Positions 28,961-43,816 of a stretch of 64,000 nt of DNA are shown piece by piece (the stretch's first letter is position 1; every line of letters begins with the position of its first letter). Source of the stretch: the human T2T-CHM13v2.0 reference genome, Homo sapiens; assembly GCF_009914755.1 (NCBI RefSeq), contig NC_060934.1, one strand, 5' to 3'. The position numbers and the translations under genes are program-made. The notes under the pieces were generated by a model. It did no database searches, had not been told where the DNA came from, and worked only from the letters and a program-made list of their open reading frames with translations.

Positions 28961-29697
28961 TAAAATGACAGTTTTAAACATAATTAGAAAATATGTAAAA
29001 GGTGAAATGTGAATCAAATATTTGTGGAAGCCCAGGGTTGGTGGTGGGCACTACTAGAACACTGCTGCACTGGGCACCGTGCCATATTTTGCTGTCTACT
29101 TAATATAAGACAGCAATTTAGCAGCACTTTTTAAAGTTGATAAACAGAGTCAGCCAACTTAAGTTAAAACAAATGCATTGTGTTTTCCTTTGGGCAATTA
29201 ACCTAGTAATTAATAAATCACTCTTTCTGAAAAAATTAAGCCATTAATATAGGGATAGTGTATGACCCTAAAATTATTTAAAAAGACATGTCTAAATATT
29301 TTTAAAATTTGTATTATGGCAAATGTAAAATATAATCCAAAGTAAAAAGACTGATTAAAATAAATTCTCATAAACCCATCATCTGGTTTCAAGACTGTGA
29401 ACCCATAACCAATCTTGTTTTATCTAAATTACTCCCCTCCTCCCAGCCCAAGCCAAATTGATCCAAGCCATGGATCAATTTGAAGCAAATCTCAAACAGC
29501 ATATCTTTTCTTCTCAAAGTATTTCATAGGTGTTCTAAAAGATGAAAGAGTTTTCTTTAAGAACATAACCATACTCCTATAATTCCAATATTCCTTACTG
29601 TCATCAAATATCCACTCAGTGTGTTCATAGTTCTCTTGTTGTTGCATAGTTTATAATACTTTGTTTGTATGAGCCAGGATCAAAATATGTTCCACAC

Positions 29698-30027
<330 letters not shown>

Positions 30028-30507
30028 TTACTGGAAGTAGGCTAGGTTTTTCTTCCATCTTTTGCTGAAGAGAAGAAAATGTCTTAGTTTCAATTCTCCC
30101 AATCAACTAAGTGCAGTTTTTATGTCTTTATCCTCTATAAATTATCTTTTTTGAAACAGTGAACGATGAAATGACATGCGTTTGGAGAATGTGTGGTGGA
30201 TACAAGAGCATATTAATGTTAAACTCCAAAAATATTTTTATCTCAAAGATTGAAAACAAGATAAAGATGAAGGACTCTACAAAATAGTAAGTGATTTTAT
30301 GTTGACATTGTACCAAAGCCCTGTTTGTGAGATAATGGCTCAATTATTCAGCATGAATGGCTCTGCTTAAAATGCATGATTATCTGGGTCAAGCTATATG
30401 AAAATAAAGAAGTCAAACTCATATTCTAAAACAAAAGAACTTTTCTAAATATTTACTTCTTTGGTAGTAGTACACTGATTTCTAAGAAATTTCCCTTAAA
30501 ACATTTT

Positions 30508-30823
<316 letters not shown>

Positions 30824-30964
30824 TAAAATTTTTAATAGAAGATACATTTTTTAAAATAAAATATTTTATTGTACACAATTGGTTGTGAGGGGTGGAAACC
30901 TGGCTCAAAGTGTCTTGAATAAGTGAACTACTTTTCTTTATGTACCAAAAAAATCCATTGAAAA

Positions 30965-31410
30965 TCAATGTAATGGATCCTGCTAATGGTCGACTTCCCC
31001 TCCTACCACCTTTTTCCTTGCTGGAACAACCTGCCTCTCACTCTGGAGATGGAAAATGACAGATCTGCACTTTTCCAGCCTCCCTTGCAGCTAGGGTATG
31101 GATATGCGACCCAATCCTGGCCAAGGAAACATAAGAAGTCAATTTGGGACCCTTGGAAAAGACATTCCTACTTGATTAAAAGAGAAAGGCCTTAAGAAAA
31201 TTCACTTTTCTTTCCTGTCTTTGGAGATGATTACATGAGGCTATGATGCTGCAGTAATTGGATAAGAGGTGTGTGCTGAAAGCCTTGATTTGTTCTACTG
31301 AATCAGTGCTGGAAAACCCTATCTGATGAACTCTTTGTTATATGAGCAAAATAAATGTTCACTTTTAATGGAATGTCTTGTTATTCGCAGCCAAATGAAT
31401 TCTAATATTG
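30965..31410 (+). mobile_element. Old ERVL-class LTR (LTR16-like)
   Basis: ttttccagcctcccttgcagctaggg..gacccaatcctggccaa..; ends gcagccaaatgaattctaat. Confidence 0.55.
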
Positions 31411-32386
31411 TTGACTTGAGGCATAGCTAGGTTCAGAAGCTTAACGGATATTACCAAATCTTTTCTCTTCCTGTCAACTCTGTATTCCTCAGAGCTGGCT
31501 TCATTATTAGGCCCTAGTTAGTGGCCCCAGGCAGGTTCAAACTATTAATAATATCCTATTTACTGATATCAGTGTCAGCCTAAAGAGAGCTTCTTCCTCC
31601 AAAAATATTTCTAGAGCAGTTTTAGGATTTAGTCAGTTCATCCAATTTCAGTTCCATACTTGAGATCTTGAAACTATCCCTCTGGCCACATACACAAAAT
31701 ATAATGACTGGGTCTCCAGATCACTCCCAGAGCTAGAGGTGGGGGCCCATCCTACCCAAACCACACAGAGAGTGGAGTTATTTCCCAATGTCATTAACTG
31801 AAAAATGAAGGCAGATGCTCTGTAGATAAAACAAATCAGCAAACAAAGTCCCAGATGTTCAGTGCAATAATAAAAATAAACAAATAAATGTTTACGTTGC
31901 CTAAGTATAGGACACAGAGTGAAAAAAGCAGAATTGTGGTAGAGAGACATTGGTTCTGTTTACTGAGTCTTTTAAAGACATCCATCGTTAAACTCTAATG
32001 TATTCTGAGTATTAGGTAAGTGCTGCAGATACAGACATGAAAACACAGAGCACCTGCTCTTCTAGTCTAACAAGGGAGATAGAGGGAAATCCGTAATTAC
32101 AATGCAGCAGATGAATGCATGTGCACTGTGTGTCGTGGTTTTGCAAAGGAAAGGAAGAAGAGGGGCATCTACCTCAGTCTAGGGGTGAGTGAAAGTTTTC
32201 ATGAAACCTTCCAAGAGTGGGTGAGAGGACTACTGAGTTTTAGAAAGTTGTGTTAGTGAGGACACCATGAGCAAAATCAGATGGGCAGGTGAACTTTTGG
32301 TGTATTTGGCTAATTATCGGCTAATTCCAACTCTTGGACTTGAACAAGCTTTCTAGCCTCTCTGTTTTCTCATCAAAAATAAACAG

Positions 32387-32512
32387 GGCTGGGCACAATG
32401 GTTCACACCTGTAATCCCAGCACTCTGAGGGCCAACGTGGGAAGATTGCTAGAGGCCAAGAGTTTGAGACCAATCTGGACAACATACTGAGACCTTGTCT
32501 ATACAAAACAAA
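32387..32512 (+). mobile_element. FLAM Alu monomer
   Basis: Single monomer; TSD aaaataaacag. Confidence 0.85.
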
Positions 32513-32948
32513 ATAAACAGTGGGTGGGTTGAGAAGTAAAGAAAGGGTAGTCAGGATTGGACTTTTAAATGTGTTCTAAGGTTTTTTTTATAGATTTAGA
32601 ATCTGATTATTCTATTACAACTTCTTGTACTTCAGTCTAACCACTGAATAACAAAGTCATAATGTTTAAATCATGTTCCCTTAAAATTAACTCTCTTAAA
32701 GTTAATAGCCTATTTTCTAGAGATAACATTTTACTATTTTCCTCTCAGTGAGTTCTCCAGGAAGCTGCACTGTTAAAGTTAAAAGTTCAGTTGGTACTTT
32801 CTGAGTTGCTTTGTTCTGTTTTGTTTGGCTGACATATATTTTGATAACACTTAAGTCATCTTAAAGCTAAAATTATCTAGACCTGCCTTTGAAGCTTGGA
32901 TCTTTGAGGCTTCAACAGCCCATTCACACTCAGTTACCCATATGTTGG

Positions 32949-32951
<3 letters not shown>

Positions 32952-32999
<48 letters not shown>
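32952..32999. repeat. (AT)24 microsatellite
   Basis: Pure AT run of 48 nt. Confidence 0.95.
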
Positions 33000-33003
<4 letters not shown>

Positions 33004-33046
33004 TTTTAAATAATTAAAATTTTATTTTAATAGCAAAAGTGCATTC

Positions 33047-33258
33047 TTTTTTAAAAATTGATTTTAAGTTCTGTGGTACATGTGCAGGCTTGTTACATAG
33101 GTAAACGTGTGCCATAGTGGTTTGCTGCACCTGTCAACCCATCACCTAGGTATTAGGCCCGGCAATTTATCCTGATGCTCTCCCCCACCCACCCCAGCCC
33201 TTCCCCGACAGGCCCCATTGTGTGTTGTTCCCCTCCCTGTGTCAATGTGTTCTCATTG
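33047..33258 (-). mobile_element. 5'-truncated L1PA 3' end
   Basis: ttaagttctgtggtacatgtgcagg..gttacataggtaaacgtgtgcca..gacaggcccc..tgtgttctcattg. Confidence 0.9.
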
Positions 33259-35319
33259 GCTAGAACATATTTAATATAATTATTGTGAAAATCTGAATTA
33301 CTGAGCCCCCATTGTAGCCCTCTATATACTACAGTAAAGTTCAGAAAGTGAAGAGGAAGAAAGGAAGGGAACAGAAATTCCCCAGGAAGGTTAAAATTGA
33401 TGAGAGAAAATGTCTTCTGGGACAGATCCTATGGTGAAATGTGAAGAACATGAGTCAGGTTACTGTTCATCCTGAACTCGGCACCTAATCACTTTTTCTC
33501 TTAATATCTTTTATTTAATGAATACTGATTTATTCTTCATCTTGACTTTTGACTTTGGCCATGCTATCAAATTACTTTTGCAAAATAACTCCCACCTTAA
33601 AAACTTCTATTATTCTAAAATCTGTCCTAATATTCACATTAACTTGGAATAAACCTATCTTGAACTTCCTCTTAGAAAACATCTTCCTCTGTAGGAATAA
33701 AAAAGATTCTAATCTTTTTCTTGACCCCCTCTTTTAAATAATCCAAAACAACATCAACAGCTATACAAAATTCTAATGTCTATTAAAGTCAACATTTGAA
33801 CATAAGAGAGAAGTTAATATTTGTGGGATAAACATTAAAAGATTTCAGTCTTGAGGCTTAGGATTTTTTGTGTCTTGTATTTTTTATCAGATTCAAGAAA
33901 TTATACTCAAGAAAGGAGGCAGTTATTATGCCTCTGTTATTCTTTCTGAAATTAGAATGGGAGAAATAGAATGAGCTTTAGAAGCATTTGAAACTATATA
34001 GAGTTATTCTGCTGTTATGGGACTGTTTATTTCAAAGTTTGACAGCAAATTGATAAGAAAACAACAATGTCATACATATTAACTGTGTGATACATTAATT
34101 TGAAAATATTCATTATGACAAGTAATGAGAGGAACGGAATGCTCCATTGGTTTAAGTGATCAGAAAACTCATTTGGAGGAATTATGTGCTTTCTCTGGGA
34201 ATCCGACATAGGAAACTATGAGAAGGCACACACAGTTAGTTAAAGCAGGTCTTTGTATTTGCTTTTATTAGAAAGTTTCAACCTTTTGTAGATGAACTCA
34301 AGTGATTATTTTGGAAGACAGAGTGTTCTTAGGTTGGACTGAGTTAACTGGATATTCACCTTGCTTCAGTTAGTGATGTGGAACACCCAGGACAGGAAAA
34401 AGAGAAATTACTACAATTTAATATATATTGGGATAAAAGAGCTCACCTTGATTTATCACTCTGAACAAAAGGGGTCTTCCCTCCTTGGAATCCCACACTA
34501 TTAAGGGAATTTCTGTTGAGAGTATCAATTCCAGACAGTGTTGCTCCAATCTGCTCATCACAGACTGTCTTGGCTGCAGCTCTATGCTGTTGGTGTGCAT
34601 GGGCTGCACTTGGAAGGTAAAACCTTTAGGGTGGCCAGTTCTCATCATACAGGGCTCCCTTTGCTAACCCCTTGCAACCACAGACACACAAGTCTCTGAG
34701 TCTCTCAGGGAACTTTTTGGAGCTTTGGCCAAAACTATCATTGCAGTCATCTTTGACAGCACCAGCAGAATCAAACTTCTCTTTGGGGTGGCTCAAAACT
34801 TCTCACCTGCTTTTCTGCTTTTGACAAAAAGGCAACAATTAAAACAACCAAGCATCACTTGTCCTGAGGACTTGGCCCACTGTCTTCTTGTTCTGAGAAT
34901 CAAGAAAGCAAGATATGGAAGGGATAAACACCATGAACAGGCGTCAATAGCCTGTGATTATAAAATGAAGGGCACTATAACTTTTAAAAGTTATTCTGTT
35001 TTTCATATGGGTAATACATGCATGTGATATGAAATTCAAAAGGCACTGAAAGGAATGTAGTGAAAATCTTCCTTCCACCTCATTTCCCAGATAGTTCCTT
35101 TCCCCAGAGAAAACCAATTTCACAGGTATTTTCTGTGTAGATAACTTTATATGTATATTATTCTTCCTCCTTTCTCTTCCTTCCTCCTCCTCCTCCATCT
35201 CTTCCTCTTCTTCCTCCAGCTCCTCCTTCTCCTCTTACTCTGCTTTCAATGACCTCATAGTAGTCAATTTTGTGGTGGTGGCATAATTTACTCAGTAGTC
35301 TCCCATTCATGAATATTCA

Positions 35320-37570
35320 GGCAGATAACACTTTTGACATAGGTGCAAAATAAATTCATTGATGAAAGGATAGTCTTTTCAACAAAAGGGGCTGCAGCAA
35401 TTTGATCTATAGGCAAAAACAAAATAAAACAAAATCATGCAAAATAATTTTGACCTAAACCTCTCACTTTATTCAAAAATTAATTTTAAATGAATAATTT
35501 AACCTAACACTTTTAGAATGAAACGTAGGTTAACAATCTTCACGACTTGGGAGTAGGGAAAAAATATATATCTATATTTTATATATATACCTCAGGCATA
35601 TATATGTGTGTGTGTATATATATATAGGTATATATGTGTATATATATATAGGTATATATACGTGTGTGTATATATATATATAGGTATATATATGTGTATA
35701 TATATATATACCTCAGAAGTTGGTTTATCATGCTGTGGTGAGCCTGTCTTTCCATTTAATATATATATATATATAAAATGGATTATATATATATAATACC
35801 AAAAGCATAATTCATAAAGGAAATATTTATAAATGATTATTTATCAAAATTAAAAGATATTTTCTCTGTGAAGGACACTTAAGAGAATGAAAAGAGAAGT
35901 TAAAGAGTAAGATAAAATATTTTCAAATCACATATTCTACAAAAAAGACCTGTATCCAGTATACATAAAATTCAACAATACGAAAGCAAACTCCCTAAGT
36001 TAAAAAATGAGCAAAAGACTTGACTAGACACTTCATCACAAAAAATATACAAAAGGCAAATATGCACATGAAAAGATGCTCAACATTGTTAGACACATAG
36101 GAAATGCCAATTAAAACAAATGAGATATCACTTTAAGGCTATTAGAAGTTTAAAAAAAGGTAATATCAAATGTTCTGCCACTGAAACTCTAAATGTTCTG
36201 CCACGGAAACTCTCAAACATTGCCAGTGTGAATACAGAATGGTACAACCACTGTGGAAAAGAGTTTGGCAGTTTCTCATAAAATTAAACATACATTTATG
36301 GTCCAGCAATCTCACTCCTAGGTATTTACCCAAGTGAAATGAAAACCTATGTTCCAGTAAAAATCTATATACAAATGTTTATAGCAGTTCTCTTCATAAT
36401 AGCTAAAATTGGAAACCACCCAAAGGGTCAATAGGTAAACAAAACTGTGGTTCACCTTTCAAAAAGTGAATGCGTAAACAGGACAGTGGTACAAACATCC
36501 AATTGAATACTACTCAGTAACAAAAAGGAACCAAACTATTGATACACACAGCCGCTTGAGTGTATATCAAAGACATTGTGCTGAGTTAAAGAAGCCAATT
36601 TCAAAATGTTACATGCTATATGATTCCATGTAGATGATCTTTTTAAGAAGAAAGAGTTATGTCAATGGAGAACAGTCCAGTGTTTGCCAGGGGTTGGGGT
36701 TGAGGGAGAATATGACTACAAAGGGGTAGCATGAGACTTTTTTTTGGTGTTGCGGGACTGTCTATATCCTGACTTTGGTGGTGGTGGTTATATGAATCTA
36801 TATTTGTGTCAAAATTCACAGAACTATACTCTTTCAAAAAATCAATATTATCATGTTTATTTTTAAAAAATTAAAAACAAAATAGAAAAACCCTCCCAGC
36901 ACTCCCTATGCTCCTAAAGAAATAAAAGAATAGTCAAGACAATTTTGAAAAGAAAGAACTTGGTGAAAGGATCTATTTTGTTAGATATCAAGACTTATTG
37001 TAAAGTTATATTAATTAAAATGGTATGGTATTTTCACAAGATTAGACAGACCAATGAAATAGACTGAAGCCCAGAAATAGATCTATGCATAGACAGATAT
37101 CTAATTTATGAAAAAGGTGGCATTACAGAGCAATGGACAAAGGATGGTCATTTAAATAGATGGTGCTGGGACAGCCTGAGTGCCTATACAGAAGAAAGAT
37201 CAACTACAAGTTATATTGTAGGTCTAAATATGAAAGACAAAACAATAAAGCTTTTGGAAGACAATATGGAAGAATGTATTCATAGCCTCAGTGTGGGGAA
37301 ATATCTATTTAAACAGAATAAAAATACAAATAAGGCTATTCATCACAGTTGTTTATATAATAAATAGAAATAATCCAAGTGTTCAATAATCATAAAGGCT
37401 TAAATTATGAATGGAATAAATATTACCATGTAAGTAATCTTTTAAAATAATATTTAATAATATGGCAAAATGTTTGCAATATAACATTAAGTGACAAAAG
37501 CATGAGCTAAACTATAAATATTTGTTACTAGAAACATATTAGAAAATAAATATACAAGATATTATCTCTG
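35320..37570 (+). mobile_element. Old L1M fragments (ORF2 end/3'UTR), containing a TA-rich insert
   Basis: gatagtcttttcaacaaa, catcacaaaaaatatacaaaaggcaaatatgcacatgaaaagatgctcaaca, ccagcaatctcactcctaggtatttacccaa; second fragment from ~36925. Confidence 0.8.
35564..35794. repeat. Compound (TA)n/(TG)n microsatellite with embedded unique 53-bp segment
   Basis: Three (TA)n-GG-(TA)n-(TG)n units, then cctcagaag..ccatttaat, then (TA)n. Confidence 0.9.
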
Positions 37571-37574
37571 GTCT

Positions 37575-37970
37575 TTGAGTCAGATTCCTGACAGGATATG
37601 GTTAGCACACTCAGACTAGGTATTTTGAAAAGCATTTAATAAAGGAACATTTTACAAAGATGTGAGAAGGATTTAAAGAGAGAGATTGCCAGAACCCAAG
37701 TGGGTGGCTGTGTGCAGTGGGCTGTCTGACAGGAGCCCTTTCATAGACAGATGCAGTAGGGAGTGAACAAGGAGAGTAAATACCCCAGTCTCTCTCCTCC
37801 ACCCCTCCACTCTCCTGCTGGTGCCTCCCATTGTCCAAGCCCAACTGGAAGGCACAAGGCAAGGAAGCTGGTTGATGCAGCCCCTACAGATCAGGCTCCG
37901 AGGGGACAACACAGGGTGAAGAAAGCAGGAGAGTGGATTTGCAGGGGCACATGGGCGGCATCCAGTATAT
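37575..37970 (-). mobile_element. LTR33-like ERVL LTR
   Basis: ctcctgctggtgcctcccattg..cccaactggaag..ggagagtggatttgcaggggca. Confidence 0.7.
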
Positions 37971-39574
37971 CTGTATGGTGGGATTAGTGGTGATGATTTT
38001 TTTTTTTTCATTATAGGTTTTTTTTTTTCCTCCAAATTTCAAGAAAGAACATGCATTAAAGTGGGGAAAAAGTGTTATCAAACCCTAGACATATTATCTG
38101 AACATCTAAACATAGCATGTGTTAGGGGCTGGGGAGTATGTGCATGCAAGGGAGTGTACATATATCCCTTTATTGTAGAACCTGTCATTCATCTATATCT
38201 GACACTTTTCTGCCTGTATGATGGTTATTTACTGTCACTTCCCACCACAATGTAAACTCTCGGAAAGCAGGGGCCCCATGGATCTTGAACACCATCATCT
38301 CCACCTAGAGTGCCCACTCATAGGCACTCAATTCTTAGTTTAATGAATGTATGTCCACCACACATGTCCATGCATACATGCACCAAGCAGGGAACGGGGG
38401 ATGAGAAGGCCATCTCCCTGTTAATTATTAATACCGAATGAGTACAAAACACCTTTAGGTCTGTTTTGAAATTCAGTGCTGAAATGATGATAAGTGGTTA
38501 TTTAATCTTACATAAAATTTCAAAAGTAAAGTCCCACTTGCCAAGAGAAAATTGTTGGTTTTTACAGAGCATACTATTTCTTTTGAATATTAACTACGCA
38601 ATTATACCTCAGAAGTTGGGTTGCCATGCTGTGGTGAGCCTGACTTTCCATTTAATATAAACGAACAGATGTTCCGTGCATGCTGGGGACAGGGGAATCT
38701 GTCCTCCTTTCTCTTGTTTCCCACCCACAACCCCGCTGACTGTTCTCCACATTGTGGGTACATCCACTCTTCAAATTATGCAACACAGAATCAGGAACCA
38801 TGCTCCCAGTTTCTTGGCATTAGATCACCATTTTGCTTTAAAAAGAGAAGTTTTTGAGGTTAATCATAAAGGTAAATGAAAGTTTGGAACAACCCAGGGA
38901 GAAGGAGTGGAGGCTCAGGGATAAAGTTTAGAGGCAGAATACAATTTGTGAGAGTTAAAAGATAAATTTAGAATGTGTTATTTCGAATCTAATTACATTT
39001 CCAGCGGCAGTTGCTGACCAAGGACTAAAATCTTGATATCTTGATTCTAATCAGTAAATAAAGAGAATGAGAATTTATCTTCTAGGAATTCTACTTAAAT
39101 AATTTTGAAATTATTTTGTTACTAAACGTTTTCTTGCATGTGCCTTCTAATATATTTTGTTTCAAGTCCATGCTATAAGCCATTATTAATGGTTTGCTTC
39201 TTAGGAATTTATGATCAAGACATACAGGAGAGCCCCTTATTTTTTGGGTTCCATCTTCCACATCTGGTGGGAATTGGGGTGTGGAAAAGGAACTGCCCAC
39301 AGGGTAGCTCTGGGAAGTGGAAGCTTTCAGGGAGTCAACGCAGAGAAGGCTGACAGCTAAGAAGTGTCATGTACCTGGAAGGACCATCCAGTGCAGAAGG
39401 GGAGAGGACTAAGGTCACTAGTCCTGTTGAAGGGCAAAGGTGAAAAGATAGAGTGGCAATAATGTTGGTTACCAGGAAGTTTTCTAGATACTATAATTTT
39501 GGTTTTAGTTGTTTTAAAAATGGGGTGGAACCAACAGAATGTTTCTACTGTTTCAACTTCCCAAGTAAGAATGT

Positions 39575-40682
39575 TGTGGCAGCCACTACAAGCTACCTAG
39601 TCAGTAGCCATTCCCTCCTTCTCTTCCTTGCTAATAGTCAGACTTGTTCAGTTAGACAGGACAGATCCCTGACCATAGGAAAGATTGGCCTCTTCTTCAA
39701 CCCTAAGGGTGAATCATGAGACTTTAGACTAGTGCGGTAATTCATTCATTTATTCAACAATTGTTAATTGAGTACTTACTATGAATCAGGCATAATTGTA
39801 ATCATTAAGGATACAGCTCTGAATGAAACAGATAAAGTTCTTGCCCTCAAGGAGCTTATATTTTAGTGAGAGGAGATGAACGATAACTAAGTACATAAGC
39901 CAAGAGACTATGTCAGAAGGTGGGCTAGGGAGAACAATTAAGCAAGGTGAGCTAGGAAATGATGTATTGAGAGGTCAGGGATGGTGGTTCTTTTACATAG
40001 GATGGTTAGAGGGGTCCCCTAGGAGAAGGGAGTGAGTCATGCCAGTATCTGGAGGCTGGAAGGCCTTGAGGAAAAGTCAGCCTGGGTGTGTTCAAAGACC
40101 AGCAAAGAAGCCAGGAGGTTTGGAATAGAGAGGGGGAAAACAGAAAGAGACCCAATCAGACAGGGAACACAGAAGATGAGTAGGAGGAGGTCAGATTGTG
40201 TAGGCCCACTACACTTTGGCTTTTACCCTACCTACAATGGGAAACTGCTGGAGGATTTGAAGACATGATTTGCAATTTGTTTTAAAAAGAGCTCTTTGGC
40301 TGTCATGATGTCCCCTGGTCAGTGATTGGTCTAAAGATTGTCATCTGACCCTGTTCTGTCCATTTACTGTGGAAGTCTTCTGTTGTCAAATTAAAACTAA
40401 ACTAAACTAAACTAAACATTATGAATAGAAGGCCCTTGCCTTTCCCTGCTTCTTTCTGTCTGGAGCTTTGATGTGATGCTTGGACTTGTAGCAGCTGTCT
40501 TGCTACCAAGAGGGAGAAAGGCATCGTGCTGTGGATGGTAGACTAGACATATAGATGGAGCCTGGGTCTTTGATAACATCACTGAACACTTATAGCAGCC
40601 CTTGATCTTCTACTTCCAAACTTTTTATTAGACCTATTTTAGCAGGTTGTTGTTCCTTGTAGTTGAATACATTCTAAACTGG
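39575..40682 (+). mobile_element. Old MLT1(K/L)-like LTR interrupted by an antisense L2 (~39740-40300)
   Basis: LTR halves flank cattcatttattcaacaa..ccctcaaggagcttatatttta (L2 3' end). Confidence 0.6.
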
Positions 40683-40994
40683 AACTGACGTTGAAAAATA
40701 AAAATAAAAAAAAGTGACTATGCACACTTGAAATTATATTTAAGTACCAAAAGTGGAAGAGACATATTCTCAGAATAAAAGATACAAATATTTAAATGGA
40801 ATCAGTTTAGTTTTATAAAAATCTCATAATCGTTTCCTAATTCTTCTCATATCCTCAGGGAGCACTGAAAAGCTTGCACAGACTAAGCTCTAAATCTTAA
40901 GGAAGGAGCAGCTGGACAGGTCAGCAAATCAGGTCCTTCAATGGTGGTTATGAACTAGACTCACTCTACTAGAGGGAGGGTAGCATTTCAGGTT

Positions 40995-41113
40995 GGGTGA
41001 CCCTATGTTAAGGTTTTCTCAGGACAGTCCTGGTTTACACTTGCTGTCCTGTAGTATATCTTCTTTCACCGTCAAGAATGTCTTGGTTTGGATAATAAGT
41101 TATATCATCACCC
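40995..41113 (-). mobile_element. MER94-like hAT-Blackjack
   Basis: gggtgacc..ggacagtcctggtttacacttgctgtcc..ggtttggataataagttatatcatcaccct terminal inverted repeats. Confidence 0.7.
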
Positions 41114-41735
41114 TACTTAAAGGTGTTACTGTACAATTATTGGTTTTCTTCATGTAAACATTTTCTTTTTTAGGAATTGTTTAGAAATTTATTCATTTCT
41201 CAAAAATCTTAGGGAGAGCTATACAAGAATCGATGATCCTCAGTAAAATTGGCAGGTTGCACTTGGTCTTTGTAAATGCTTAAGGCAACACACTTTACCA
41301 AAATAGTATGTGAACTCTAAGACATTTTTCATGCATCCCTTCCCAAATGTCACCTTGTAAAGGACACCAGCATGAACTTGATATGAATGCTGGAACTAAA
41401 GAGGTCATAAGCTGGTCTTGAAAATTCTTTGAATACATGTTCTATATTCCAAGCACAAAAACTGTATAGTCTGATTTGATTTCCACAATATCTCATAAGG
41501 TATGTAGAGAAGAAATTCTTATTCTCACTTTATAGACAAGAATATGAAAGTGGAGAGAAGTTCAGTGACTTTCACAAGAGAGTGTTACAATAACTTCTCA
41601 ATCCTGTTTTAGGATCAGCCCAAATTGGACTTTAACTTCACTCTTCTTTCCACTACATCATGTAGTTTTTCACTTGCAGGTATTTTGGAGAATACTTTAT
41701 TCAAGTGAGTGGAAAGGACTGAAATGAAGGGAAGG

Positions 41736-42104
41736 TGATATTGTTTGACTGTGTCCCACACAAATTTCATCTTTTATTGTGGTTCCCATAATCCCCACAT
41801 GTTGTGGGAGGGACCCGGTGGGAGGTGGTTGAATCATGGGGGTGGCTACCCCCATGCTGCTATTCTCATGACAGTGAGTGAGTTCTCACAAGATCTGATG
41901 GTTTTATAAGGGGCTTTCCCACCTTTAGCTCAGCACTTCTCCTTCCTCCTGCCATGTGAAGAAGGACATGTTTGCTTCCCCTTCTGCCATGATTGTAAGT
42001 TTCCTGACACCTCCCCAGCCATGCTGAACTGTGAGTCAATTAAACCTCTTAATTACCCAGTCTCAGGAATGTCTCTATTAACAGCATGAGAATGGACTAA
42101 TACA
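41736..42104 (+). mobile_element. THE1 solo LTR
   Basis: tgatattgtttgactgtgtccc..ggactaataca; perfect 5-bp TSD gaagg. Confidence 0.93.
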
Positions 42105-42358
42105 GAAGGTAACTGCAAGTAAGGAAAATAAAAACTTTTAAAGTAATGCTTCAGGGTTTTTTATCTTAAGATAATAGTTTTTATTTTGTTTGTGAAGGTT
42201 GCTTAGATTTATCTTACTAAAGTAATTGAGAGAAAAGCTTGGGAATGGTATCTAGTAACAACCTCTTAGATTTCTGCCATATTTTGTAGCTATATACTAA
42301 AATTTGATGTTTAAAAGATACATGCTTACATTACACTTTAAAAGCACTTACCTTGAAA

Positions 42359-42387
42359 ACACACACACACACACACACACCACACAC
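42359..42387. repeat. (CA)n microsatellite
   Basis: Interrupted AC run. Confidence 0.85.
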
Positions 42388-42457
42388 CTCCTCCCCATAT
42401 ACACATGGAAGTAAATAAATAAAATGTTTCTGAAAATATGTACAAAAACTGAAAAGA

Positions 42458-42813
<356 letters not shown>

Positions 42814-43230
42814 TTATATTTTATATATTATTTGTATGAGTTTTGTATCACTGTACGTTTTACTTTCAAAATTAAATAAAAAGTTTAAGACAATTAAAGG
42901 AAGCATCTATGAATTAATAAGAATTCTAAACTTTATTTTTCCTATTTAGGAAGTCAATTGTGGAAGGAAATGTCATATTCAACATCTTAATGAGGTAAAA
43001 AGTGAATATTTGAGACTGAATGTCAGTGACTTGGCTCTGAGAATATGGTTAGTATACAGGGTAGAACCCTAGGGACTTGGTTCTGGTGCTGGCTGTGCCC
43101 TTTACTCAGTTCCCCCTCCTCCTGAGGAGAAATGTGCTCCCTAATACTATTGCAGCTTAGAGATGAAGGATGGAATGGATATGATTTCTGTAACATTCAA
43201 CAAATACTCAAAAAATATTTAACAAATGCC

Positions 43231-43816
43231 CAGGAAGGAAACCAAAATATGCTACTCCAAAATATAGTTATTTGGCACATTTTGAGATGGATATTCAGAT
43301 GAGTTGCACACAAAGAAACAGCTCTAAAAACAGTCCTTTGTAAGGCAGGTTTGCATCTGTAGAGAAAATCTATATTAGTGAAGTAAACAGCAGAGACAGA
43401 GGCTTTCTGCGGGGTTTTCTTATCCAGATCTAGGAAAGTTTAAATCGCAGAAAAAGAAGACTAAGTGTCTGACACTTTTAAAAGTTCCAACAGAGAAACT
43501 GCTATCACAGACTACCATCTATTCTTTCTGATGGCTGCTACCTGTGAGGTTTCATCTGCATACCATGACAGCTTTTGCTCACCACGCCTTTTCTCCCCTC
43601 TGCCTCCCATAACCTGCTACCAGCTTGTATTACTTCCTGTATTGGTATAAAAACTTCAATCATCTGGCTCTTCTTTGAGTCTCATATTTGAAATATTCCT
43701 GTGTCCATATGTGCATTAATAAATTTGTATGTCTTTTCTCCTGTTGATCTATTATCAATTCGCTTCAGTAGATTTTGACTTGAACCTTCAGAGGGAAAAA
43801 TTTCAACTTCCCTATA
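43231..43816 (+). mobile_element. ERV1 solo LTR (MER34-family-like) inserted in an L2
   Basis: ggaaaccaaaatatgctactccaaaatat..ggctgctacctgtgaggtttcatctgcata..tataaaa..aataaatttgtatgtcttttctcctgtt..gaaccttcagaggg. Confidence 0.75.
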
